Source: Lingula anatina (lineage: Eukaryota; Animalia; Brachiopoda). From it: a stretch of DNA of 64,000 bases. The stretch is from contig CM120649.1 in NCBI GenBank assembly GCA_051362555.1, positions 14,198,001 through 14,262,000 of the forward strand. The letters are read 5' to 3'. The notes below the pieces were generated by a model, which searched no databases, was not told the DNA's origin, and was given only the letters and a program-made list of their open reading frames with translations. Below are positions 52,701 to 64,000 of the stretch, piece after piece; the first letter of the stretch is position 1; every line of letters starts with the position of its first letter. The translations under genes and the position numbers were made by a program.

Positions 52701-54730
52701 GTATGTAGCCACTGCCAAGAAAGCCCAAATATAATTGGCTTTTATACCCCCAAAGTATTAAATTCTTTTTAAAATTTCAGGGAATAACATTCTAAGTATT
52801 TGACTATGGGACCCGGGGAAGTAGCAAACAGACTCTTAAGGGGTTATTGAACTGTCAGATAATCTTATTCCAAGAGTTTAGGGTCATGACTAACAGAATA
52901 TTATAATAAGCATAAATATAAAAAGGGGATATGGTTTTAATAAAACTAAATATGCAAAAAACACACTGATTCTGCAGCCTTTATCATTTTCTGCCTTATG
53001 TTTTGATGGCCATTTTGGTTTTTTGCTAGGTGGTACGCGATTAAGCTTATTCACTAGTACTGGTGTGCTCTCCTGATAGGATACACGTTCAAAAAAGCTG
53101 TCAATAAAGTTTACCCGACGACTTCTTGTCATTTTTCTATTTTTCCTCATAAATTGACGGCCATATTGAAAAATGCTCAAGGTCTCGCAAATAGCAACCA
53201 AGCTAAGTTTACTTCTCTCGGCCTGAAGAATGCATTTCAACAAAAAAAGTTTACAGGAAAGAACATTGCAGGGTCCGACTATTGGGCCTATGGGAGTGGC
53301 GAATCGACTAGTGGTTTAAGTCGCATGAACAAATTTACATTGCTGCTTCAGTCAATACTTTATCACGAAATCAAAACAGTTCTGTAACTTAAATGGAGTT
53401 CTATTTACCTTACCGTGGTATTTGCTCATAAAATGTAAATAGAGGTAAGCATGTTTCAGTGCTTGAACATATTTATCCTAACCGTTATGGACGCGTCTGA
53501 AAACAAGGACACTGTAAGCCGTGCGCTAGCTAAAGGAATACCAGTTAAGCTGCATTCCATGACTGACGCAAAGATATACTTAAATCATTTTTTCTCAACA
53601 TTCAGGTCAATGCATAATACTGGGCCATAAGGGGTCTATTGGACCCCCAAAAGAATATATGTGAAACGGACGTAGGCGATTGCGAATTTTTAACCTCATA
53701 CCTGTCTGTCTTATCGACACATTTTATCTTGTCTAGACATCTCCCACTAGGTGTTTATTCTTGGTTGGGGGAGGGTTTTGGCTGGCTTCTTTACACCCAG
53801 GCTCTCTAACAGTTGGGTATAGAAATTCATCTCTGAAAATCCTTCGGCGTTTTGTTTTTAACATTGTGAATTTTACCATCAAAACCCAGGAACAATTTCA
53901 TCACTCTTCAAATAACCTCTGATGTCTTGATTTGTTCTTTACGCCCTAATATAAAGATCAAAGTCTTCCTCAAATATCCTGTACTCTGAAAACGTGGAAC
54001 AACGGGGAGGGGGGGTAGATTTTTTAGATTATCATTTGCTGCACCTCATTTATATTAACCATTGCCTCAATAGTCACAACGAGCTACAATATTGGTTCTC
54101 ATCTCAAGGGCCTTGAGCAGAACTTTCTCCCAGAAGGGTGAGATTCGGAGTATTATATCTATTCTAGGGCCCACAAAACAACATGTCTTACTGGAGATAA
54201 TTGCCTACAAATGTCAAAACTCGTTTATGGACACATAACTTGATTCAAAATCAAATCTGCACATAAAAAATGTTGTTGGTAGATCCGTGCTCCCCAGAAT
54301 GGTTTGTACTTATCAAAACGTATAAACATTCAACTAAATACTTTTTAGCAAGGGACCACTGGTAGTCAAACGAGGATTACATTAAATATCACTTTAAAAA
54401 CTCCATAAATGGTCCCATTGTTGTGGTTCAAAGATGTGTGAATGGATCTTATGAGGCCTGAATAGGATTAATATCCCGAATAACAGTATATTTTAAATGT
54501 TAAAACAAAACTTGTACAAACGTCTGTCCCATCATTCATTTGGATGAGCCTTAGTACATGGGTAATGTTTCAACATTTGCCTCCATTTTGTGGGACGACC
54601 ACTTACCTGCATTAACTTGAAACGTGAGCGTTGAACGGAAAACAACCCCAGCGAATATTGCTCCAACCACCACTAAAATAAAAGCAGCGACCTTTTGCTT
54701 TCTGGATATTGTCGAAATGTTCATACTCAT
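49745..54730 (-). CDS. DUF1647/glycosyltransferase-like type II membrane protein, copy A
   Basis: Exon 1 54730-54607 (MSMNISTISRKQK-VAAFILVVVGAIFAGVVF, G|GTAAGT) joins in phase 1 to exon 2 50487-49745 ([36 protein letters not shown]). Family recognised from motifs, not by HMM. Confidence 0.8.
51813..53311 (+). mobile_element. ~1.5-kb non-autonomous element with Helitron-like 3' end (copy at ~55369-56867)
   Basis: Absent from the third unit, which diverges after cgcctc(g/c)acacg. Internal gacggccat(c/a)ttgaa repeats; ends in a GC hairpin (gggtccga-cta-ttgggcct) followed by ...CTAG|T. No 5' TC terminus seen. Confidence 0.4.
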
Positions 54731-57237
54731 TATTAGCAAAAAAATTGTTGACGCTCAGTATACAAGAGCCTCTCACCAGACCATCCGGGTTGTTTGTGTG
54801 TGTTAAATAGGACAAATGTCCACATCAGCTGTAGATTTGAATTAAGGTCACTGATTCCGTACCAGTCTGGTATAATATGACGGAAATAATAAAACAATTA
54901 ATGTACAGTTAAGAAACAGATATTGTGATATTTGTTTTACGTATACATGTAAATGTGAACACTTTAACATGTCATAAAGAGGAAAAGTTTGATTAATTGT
55001 TCTCTGCTCTTCTCCTTGTAAGAAGCTGATACCTCTCTAGTAAGATTTTTTGTGTTATTTTTATGTGGAACTTAGCCACGGCCATAATTAATGGTCTAAG
55101 CGAGGGATATGTCAGCCTGGAGTGTAACACTATCCTTTAATTGAATATAGTTATCTTAGTACAAAGTTATAGACTATATAAAAATCCATCTACCTAATGA
55201 ATTGTTCAAACAGGACACGTGATGTATCGAGAATACATTACCCTGGAAAAGCTTAGGGCTCATTCCGAACAAGCTGATTCGCGGAATTATATATCCGAGG
55301 ATCAAATATGGCGACCCATTTAAAAATCAATGCCAACCAATCTCTTGATGGTCTCCCCGCCTCGACACGGGGTACCATTTTTGTTTTGAAACTATTCATG
55401 GAATTTTTGGTTGACTTATATGAAAATGATCCAGTTTAGAGCTTCAAAATAATAATTATTTTGAAAAATATGGCCTCCAAGATTTTAGTGGCTGTCAGTA
55501 TATAACCAAAAGATTTGTAAGATGTTTTGCTTATTGACTCTTTAAAATGTAAAGTGAAAAAAGTGCAGTAATAAGAAAAATTAGAAATGCTGTTATATAC
55601 TGATGAAATATTCATACACGTGCCAATCTCAATAAAAAGAATGGGAAGTTTTAAAGCTACATTTTACGTACATACTGAAAAAGTTACGATAAAGATATAA
55701 AATCAAAATATTAAGGTATGATCAATAAAGTAAACAAAAACGAAAAAAAATTATAAGGTTAATATTTTGACAAAAGTTAAAATTACATTCCCCTCCCCAT
55801 CCCCCGTCCCCACCAACGGACTTGGTTGGACTCCATGTGAATATGAGTCCCGAATTTGGACTCCCTGTGCCCGAATTCCTGCAGAACCCCCTGTTGGCCC
55901 TTGATAAACTTTTCATCAGATTAAGCCTGTATTAAAAAGAGAACTTACGTGATAGTCAGCCCTATCAATGATCCTCTTTTATAGAGTCTTAGTATAACTG
56001 TACCTTTCAAGTACACTTTGTCAATAAATAAAAGGGTTTGATATATATTATACGCCGAATTATCAGTTTAAAACGTAATTTAACTGATTTTTTACCTTTT
56101 TGGGCATGTTTTAATGGTCATTTGAAATGCGGAATACCATGCACTTTAAACCCGACTCTTTGCTATGTTACATAATCATTTATTTATAATATAATGATAT
56201 TATATTTTTTATATTATTGACGGCCATCTTGAATTTTGAAAATTGATCAATGTGCCGTATGTAGCCACTGCCAAGAAAGCCCAAATATAATTGGCTTTTA
56301 TACCCCCAAAGTATTAAATTCTTTTTAAAATTTCAGGGAATAACATTCTAAGTATTTGACTATGGGACCCGGGGAAGTAGCAAACAGACTCTTAAGGGAT
56401 TATTGAACTGTCAGATAATCTTATTCCAAGAGTTTAGGGTCATGACTAACAAATTATTATAATAAGCATAAATATAAAAAGGGGATATGGTTTTAATAAA
56501 ACTAAATATGCAAAAAACACACTGATTCTGCAGCTTTTATCATTTTCTGCCTTATGTTTTGACGGCCATTTTGGTTTTTTGCTAGGTGGTACGCGATTAA
56601 GCTTATTCACTAGTACTGGTGTGCTCTCCTGATAGGATACACGTTCAAAAAAGCTGTCAATAAAGTTTACCCGACGACTTCTTGTCATTTTTCTATTTTT
56701 CCTCATAAATTGACGGCCATATTGAAAAATGCTCAAGGTCTCGCAAATAGCAACCAAGCTAATTTTACTTCTCTCGGCCTGAAGAATGCATTTCAACAAA
56801 AAAAAGTTTACAGGAAAGAACATTGCAGGGTTCGACTATTGGGCCTATGGGAGTGGCGACTCGACTAGTGGTTTAAGTCGCATGAACAAATTTACATTGC
56901 TGCTTCAGTCAATACCTTACCGTGGTATTTGCTCATAAAATGTAAATAGAGGTAAGCATGCTTCAGTGCTTGAACATAATTATCCTAACCGTTATCGACG
57001 CGTCTGAAAACAAGGACAATGTAAGCCGTGTGCTAGCTAAAGGAATATCAGTTAAGCTGCATTCCATGACTGACGCAAAGATATACTTAAATCATTTTTT
57101 CTCAACATTCAGGTCAATGCATAATACTGGGCCATAAGGGGTCTATTGGACCCCCAAAAGAATATATGTGAAACGGACGTAGGCGATTGCGAATTTTTAA
57201 CCTCATACCTGTCTGTCTTATCGACACATTTTATCTT

Positions 57238-57382
57238 GGGCTTCGTTCACATGCAATGTCTATTTTCTAAATTCTATTTTTTATTCGCGCTATCTTATGA
57301 TCACGGTCTGTGCCCTGAATATCCCGCCGCGTAATTACTGGCAGCGCGAGCCAGTTACTTATAGTAACTTATAGTAACTGGC
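57238..57382. mobile_element. Copy of the 30755-30888 repeat, replacing ~370 bp found in the other duplicate
   Basis: Both duplicates share acacattttatcttg and ctcatctcaagggc flanks, but the sequence between them is unrelated. Confidence 0.75.
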
Positions 57383-57892
57383 TCTCATCTCAAGGGCCTT
57401 GAGCAGAACTTTCTCCCAGAAGGGTGAGATTCGGAGTATTATATCTATTCTAGGGCCCACAAAACAACATGTCTTACTGGAGATAATTGCCTACAAATGT
57501 CAAAACTCGTTTATGGACACATAACTTGATTCAAAATCAAATCTGCACATAAAAAATGTTGTTGGTAGATCCGTGCTCCCCAGAATGGTTTGTACTTATC
57601 AAAACGTATAAACATTCAACTAAATACTTTTTAGCAAGGGACCACTGGTAGTCAAACGAGGATTACATTAAATATCACTTTAAAAACCCCATAAATGGTC
57701 CCATTGTTGTGGTTCAAAGATGTGTGAATGGATCTTATGAGGCCTGAATAGGATTAATATCCCGAATAACAGTATATTTTAAATGTTAAAACAAAACTTG
57801 TACAAACGTCTGTCCCATCATTCATTTGGATGAGCCTTAGTACATGGGTAATGTTTCAACATTTGCCTCCATTTTGTGGGACGACCACTTAC

Positions 57893-58016
57893 CTGCATTA
57901 ACTTGAAACGTGAGCGTTGAACGGAAAACAACCCCAGCGAATATTGCTCCAACCACCACTAAAATAAAAGCAGCGACCTTTTGCTTTCTGGATATTGTCG
58001 AAATGTTCATACTCAT
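57893..58016 (-). CDS. Duplicate first exon (TM anchor) of DUF1647-like copy A
   Basis: Identical translation and G|GTAAGT donor to 54730-54607, offset 3286 nt; no private exon 2 follows it. Confidence 0.7.
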
Positions 58017-59310
58017 TATTAGCAAAAAAATTGTTGACGCTCAGTATACAAGAGCCTCTCACCAGACCATCCGGGTTTTTTGTGTGTGTTAAATAGGACA
58101 AATGTCCACATCAGCTGTAGATTTGAATTAAGGTCACTGATTCCGTATCAGTCTGGTATAATATGACGGAAATAATAAAACAATTAATGTACAGTTAAGA
58201 AACAGATATTGTGATATTTGTTTTACGTATATATGTGAACACTTAAATATGTCATTAAGAGGAAAAGTTTGATTAATTGTTCTCTGCTCTTCTCCTTTTA
58301 AGAATCTGAAACCTCTCTATTAAGTTCTTTGTGTTATTTTTATGTGGCAACTAGCCACGGCCATAATTAAGGGTCTAGGTGAGGGATATGTCAGCCTGGA
58401 GTGTAACACTATCCTTTAATTGAATATAGTTATCTTAGTACAAAGTTATAGACTACATAAAAATCCATCTATCCAATGAATTGTTCAAACAGGACATGTG
58501 ATGTATCGGGAATACATTACCCTGGAAAAGCTAAGGGCTCATTCCGAACAAGCTGATTCGCGGAATTACGTATATATCCGAGGATCAAATATGGCGACCC
58601 ACTTAAAAATCAATGCCAACTAATCTCTTGATGGTCTCCCCGCCTCCACACGCGCCGTTAGTCCCTGCAGGTGCCTAGCAATTAAAATATCGGAGTCGAG
58701 AGTTAATCCGTTTAAACTTAAAGCCTACATTGGCTTGGTGACAGGTTTGAAAAATGTTATGATCTGGGTGGAAACTGTCGCTCGATCATGTCAGTCACTG
58801 TGGTAGTTGTAGTTGTTAACCTTTATTATCACCATGATACCGAAATTGAGGTGTTTCCTGCATCTAATTACTTAATAATGCATCTATATTTGTGCTGATT
58901 TAAAAGAATAAAAAAAAACCTTCGAAAATGTAAAATATTGGCGTTAACATTTGCGTTGCAGTGTATAAGAATAGGCAACTCAAGGTTTTGAGTGTCAATT
59001 TAACACCTTTCTTTTTTGAGATGAGATACCAATCGGAATGGGGCGTAACTTCATCCCTGAACAAGATTTGTTCACAAAAATTGGCAAAGTTGACGACGAG
59101 CGTATAAACCACGATTCCGTGCCGTCATCTTGGTTCAAACGTTTTTGTTAAGGGGTTGTGAGCCCCTAATTATAAAATTTTATTTAACAAAGGCATTATT
59201 TTGTTTTATCAACGATAAACTCCGAACTAGGACTTTTAAGAAGAATCACTGACAGAGTTTTGGAGTACTGAGAAGGGTCACAATATCCTTCAAAATTAAT
59301 TATGGTTTTC

Positions 59311-59349
<39 letters not shown>

Positions 59350-59863
59350 AAAATATTAAAACCAAGAATACCCAACTCATGACATATCATGTATGTGGTA
59401 ATCGAATGCCGTAATATAAGAGGATATGGGTAACTTACATTTCTAACCGAAGAAAACTGTTGAATTGTTTATTTTGTGCTCCAGGTCTAGAACGGAAGGA
59501 ACATACCGTCTCATATATTAATCGTACGAAAAAAAATTAATAATATAGCAGGCATAATAATTGTTTTAGTTTTAACGACTACCCTTCCTATCTCATTTAC
59601 AGAAGTACGAAAAAAGACGGCGATGTATGAATATTCTAAACCTAACATAAATAAAAGGAATGAAGAGGCTCAGAATATACTTAGAGTTGAATAACAATCT
59701 CAACATGCACACTAGCATATTGCCTTTAACTTTACAATACAGTTATATTTATACAATTTTCGCCACATGCCTCAACTGGTTCATACTCCCTAAATAAAGC
59801 AAAAAGCGCATCTATATATGTTTCATTTACATGTATCTAAAGTATGTCTGTTTATTTATAAAG

Positions 59864-61877
59864 TCAGCATGTTCGAAGATGTCCAAGATAATCTCTGTTC
59901 TCATTTCTTGATTGCTTGATGACAGCATATAGTTCAGTGTGGTGCTGGAGTTGCAAACCAGATGTGTACGTTATTACAGTCAGCGCAGATTGATCATAAC
60001 GATGGTTTCCATGGTTCGATCCTGCTGGGGCTATGCACTCCTTGGTCAATGCGCATTTGACCCATGGTTTCAGGATCATTTCATACGTGTCCTTCCTTTT
60101 GGACCAACCATTTAGATTCCCCGAGTACGAAGGTTTCAACTTGAAGGTTTTCTTGTCTAAACGCATGAATGTGCACATTCTTACATGGAGGAACATTGTT
60201 GTATCTTTATCCTGTCCTTGGAGGAGCAGATATCCATCCTTTTGAATCAAGTTATCTATTTTGGTTATGTTGCCTTCGATGTGACTACCGGCATCAATCC
60301 AAACAATGTTATCAAGTTCGTCTACCATTTGTTTTATTATTACTGGTTTCCAAGCATACTTTCTTAGATGCTTTACATGGCGCGGGTATTTCTCGAAAGG
60401 AAAACGTCGATATGCCACATTACACCATGTTTGAACTTCCTGCACTTGCTCTGGCGTCAATCCTAGATCCCACACCACTATATTCAGTCCTGGTGCCCAG
60501 TGCTGAGCTGATGCTACAAAGTTCCTCAGTCCAGGAGAATAATGTTTGGAATTCGCCCCCGTTACAAGAGTGAAAGAGTATTTTCGAATTCTGCTTGGGA
60601 TCGGCTTGCGCGTTCCTGCAATATTAAAAAAAATATATACATTACCTATTCTGTAGCAAAAGAGAATTGAAGGGTAGTATAGGGTGCAAGAAGCACGTGC
60701 TCCGTGCGAATCCTCCTTTCAATCAACTCACAAATATCTGTTTCCAATAATTTATTTTATTTTAACAAATACAAAAAAGTAAATAATGCTTATTAATATC
60801 GCATAAACGATTTGTGTAATGAAACCCTGAACTTCTGACAAGTACTTTTGCGTTGCATTTAGGATAGCTAATGCATGGCTGGAGTCGTTAATTTGGGTAT
60901 TTGCGCTCGCAAATCTAGGGCTCGAGTTAAAAAAAAGCCTCATCCGTTTATAAGACCTGTAAATCACAATTAGTAAATCACGCTGTCTTACACATGACAA
61001 GACCTTACATGACCTTGAACATTTGTCATATGGTGATGACTGAATATTAGCATTTCCTCTGTTATTCAGGTGTTTCATATGTAAAACTCGTTTCAAGCCA
61101 CAAGTGTAAGAGCCAGGTGTCTCATAACAAGGAGTCTGTTATAACTCCTTGCTCATACTAAGTACAACATGTTTAAAGGAGAACTCATCTTTCGGAAACA
61201 CTATAAATGTCTGACCTGGCGATTGTGATAACTACTGTAAGACAAAATCTAATCACCATATGAGTAAAAAATATGAAAAAATGGGGGTAATTTAGCTCGT
61301 TTTCGAGAGGTAGCGTCCCGAAAAATGCCAGGGGGTATGTGAAAAAGTCGTAAGTGGGTCCATTAAGTCGTAAAAGATCCAGCTTCACCGAGCATTCTTC
61401 GCCAAGTGCGGCGTTTTGATGACATATTCGTAATTCTTCGATCAAAATGACAACAAAATTTTCATTAAAGGACGAATTACATATTTTTTACATGTTTTAT
61501 TAGATCATTAGTCGCTGGACATCGTAAAAAAGTACTCTAATATGAGAGGGCCTCCTAAGCCGTTCGTTTAAGAACCACCGCTTCGGGCGATTGTCATCAT
61601 TGACGATTAAACAATCACTCTTTAAAGAGGAATTTCTCATATAACTTTTATATCTAATGCAAAGCTAGAAGAAATCAGTTCTTTTAGCTAGTCCTAGTAC
61701 AAAGATATGAAAGGTTAGGCCTACCTCCGTTTTGTAGAACAAACACTCACCTTCATGAAGCGGTAAATGTTCTGTGTTTAGCCTTGAATAGAAATGAGTT
61801 ACAGCAACTATCGTTCCAACAACTGCTAAAATAAAAACTGGGTTCTTTCGCTTTCGCGATAATCTCAAAAAGTTCAT
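59864..61877 (-). CDS. DUF1647/glycosyltransferase-like type II membrane protein, copy B
   Basis: Exon 1 61877-61751 (MNFLRLSRKRKNPVFILAVVGTIVAVTHFY...G|GTGAGT) plus exon 2 60615-59864 (ttgcag|GA), phase 1, open throughout. Same YAWKP, WIDAGS and HRYDQS motifs. Confidence 0.83.
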
Positions 61878-62922
61878 AATCCTAATAAGTAAAACGTCTT
61901 AACGCTTCGTTCAGTGGGGCATTCGCCAGGCTCAGCCTATTGTGTCTATTGTCATATTTTGATTAAAAATGAGGTCATTGAATTAATTCTTTAAGTGACT
62001 AAGAGTGGAATGTTCTAATGAAAAAGCAAGAAACTATATTAATACTAATAATAAAATTATGATCATTTTTGTTTCTTGTTTATTTAAAGTCTAGAGATCT
62101 AAAAAAAATGTTCAGTAAACTTTACAACATATCAGATTTATAAAGCTAATAGATAATAATGATAAAGAGATATACCCTGTACATGTATATATGCACGTCC
62201 ACAGTGCAGGGTAACAGCAATGGCACATGGACGTCAGTGCCGTAGGGCGGAATTTGATTAAATAGGGGTAAATGTAAACAATACTAGTGTGCAGCGTCTG
62301 GATTTTAGAGCGCAAGCCATTCATCATGAGTTTCACCTATTGTTTGGATCGAGAAATAATGCTTGTAAGTTTGAATATACATGTATAACACAGCAGATGA
62401 AATAGTTAGCTGGATTAGTGTGTGATTCATGCATTATCATTATTATTATTCTTATTATGATATAACAAACTATTGACCAACAATAACCAACTCATGACAT
62501 ATCATGTCTGTGGTACTTCAATGTCATAATTTAAGAGGACATGGGCAACTTACATTTCTAAACGAAAAAAACCTATTGAATGATACACACCGTCACATAT
62601 ATGAGTCATACGAAAGGATTTTATTCATAAAGCAGGCTTAATAATTGTTTTAGTTTTGGCGACTGCCCTTCCTATCTCATTTACAAAAGTACGAAAGAAG
62701 CCGGTGAATGATATTCTAAACCTAAAGTAAAGGAGTGAAGACGCTACAAATATAATGTGGAGGTGTATAACAATCTCAACACTAGCATAGTTTGCCTTTA
62801 ACTTTGTAATATATGCATATTAATAAATAATTTTCGTCACATACGTCAACTGATTCAGACTCCCTAAATACAGCGAAAACTGCATCTATACATGTTTCTC
62901 TTGCATATATTTTAAGTATGTT

Positions 62923-63021
62923 CCCAGCAGACAAACGACATTGATTCACCGTTGAATCAACGTTAATTTTTGGTGAATCAACGTTGAATCAACGTAGAAT
63001 CAATGTCGTTTGCCTGCTGGG
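62923..63021. mobile_element. 99-bp MITE with ~25-bp TIRs (CCCAGCAG...CTGCTGGG) and 2-bp TT TSD; CMC/EnSpm-like
   Basis: CCCAGCAGACAAACGACATTGATTC and GAATCAATGTCGTTTGCCTGCTGGG are inverted repeats; internal gttgaatcaac repeats. The paralogous empty site is visible at ~49660 (gatgTTgtcttatgtaaaatt). Confidence 0.85.
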
Positions 63022-63095
63022 TTGTTTATGTAAAATTGGCTTTGCAATCACCATATGCTGATATAAGCATTCAATGTCTGTTTATCTATACAACG

Positions 63096-63841
63096 TCAGC
63101 ATGTTCGAAGATGTCCAAGATAATCTCTGTTCCCATTTCTAGATTCCTTGATGACAGTGTATAGCTCAGTGTGGTGCTGGAGTTCCAAACCAGATGTGTA
63201 CGCTATTAGAGTCAGCGCAGATTGGTCATAACGATGGTTTTCAAGGCTCGATCCTGCTGGGGCTATGCACTCCTTGGTCAATGCACATTTCACCCATGGT
63301 TTTAGGATCTTTTCATACGTATCATTCCTTTTGGACCAGCCATTTAGATTTCCTGAGTACGATGGTTTTCACTTAAAGGCTTTCTTGTCTAAACCCATAA
63401 ATGTGCACATTTTTTCATAGAAGAACTGTGTTACATCATCATCCTGCCCTTGGACGAGCAGATATCCATCCTGTTGGATCAATATATCAATTTGTGTTAT
63501 TTTTCCACAGATGTGACTACCGGCATCAATCCAAACAATGTTACCCACTTCGTCTACCATTTGTTTTATTATAACTGGTTTCCAAGCATACTCCTTTAAA
63601 TTCTTTAAATACTGAGGGTATTTCTCGAAAGGAAAACGTTGCTATGCCACATTACACCACGTTTGAACTTCCTGCACTTGCTCTGGCGTCAATCCTAGAT
63701 CCCATACCACTATATTCAGTCCTGCTGCCCAGTGCTGAGCTGATCCAACAAAGTTCCTCAATCCAGGAGAATGATATCCGGAATTTGCCCCCGTTACAAG
63801 AGTAAAAGAGTATTTTCTGCTTGGGGTCGGTCTGCGCCTTC
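63096..63841 (-). pseudogene. DUF1647-like copy C, exon 2, with two in-frame nonsense codons
   Basis: Collinear with copies A and B without frameshift, but TAG at 63644-63642 (TAT in A/B) and TGA at 63371-63369 (TTG in A/B). Exon 1 would lie beyond the window end. Confidence 0.85.
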
Positions 63842-64000
63842 CTGCAATATTTGTAAAAATACACATTACCCAAGAAGTATAACTATGACTGCGACTTTCA
63901 GCATTTTAGACAAATTTAACCGAAATGTCGTCGAAATTATCTAGACTATATTGAGGTTGTATCTGAGATCTTTTCCGATGGACGCTACGCAAAATGTTGA

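Larger units (their letters stand above)
51376..58651. repeat. Recent tandem segmental duplication: 51376-54930, 54931-58216, partial 58217-58651
   Basis: tttgttttacgtata..tgt starts each unit; identical or near-identical ORF pairs (52167/55722, 52890/56446, 54551/57837). 50982-51362 is an older copy of 53310-53695 and 56867-57203. Confidence 0.93.

Noticed and set aside
52890-53243. Duplicated ORFs 52890-53243/56446-56823 and 52167-52361/55722-55916 as genes
   Set aside because: They lie inside the duplicated repeat element; identity reflects recent duplication and no domain is recognisable.
63369-63371. In-frame TGA as selenocysteine or programmed read-through
   Set aside because: It aligns to Leu, not Cys, and an upstream TAG also breaks the frame, so pseudogenisation is simpler.

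Overview
AT-rich, intron-rich animal (probably marine invertebrate) genomic DNA, not prokaryotic. Gene models were built by hand from GT-AG boundaries and phase-consistent translation. (1) A minus-strand receptor guanylyl cyclase (NPR/ANF-receptor-type ectodomain, TM helix, kinase-homology domain; the cyclase domain lies beyond the left edge). Upstream are two further intact first-exon cassettes, each with its own TATA/CCAAT promoter, signal peptide and a phase-1 donor at the homologous codon. This may be a variable-first-exon receptor locus. (2) A 12-exon minus-strand fungal/Dictyostelium-type (GH13_1-like) alpha-amylase. Its last exon, absent from the ORF track, adds a TM helix and a LAMP-like tail ([12 protein letters not shown]). 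(3) A plus-strand type I receptor with 3 CUB and 8 Sushi/CCP domains; five Sushi domains carry a DxNxDG calcium-binding-like loop and the tail ends in an ITIM-like IIYEDL. (4) A tandem cluster of two-exon type II membrane DUF1647/glycosyltransferase-like genes (two intact, one pseudogene) with a recent ~3.3-3.6 kb duplication of a first exon. Also present are MITEs, an RTE-like LINE end, duplicated foldback palindromes, a Penelope-type minimal hammerhead motif and microsatellites. No database searches were run, so family names come from motif recognition.
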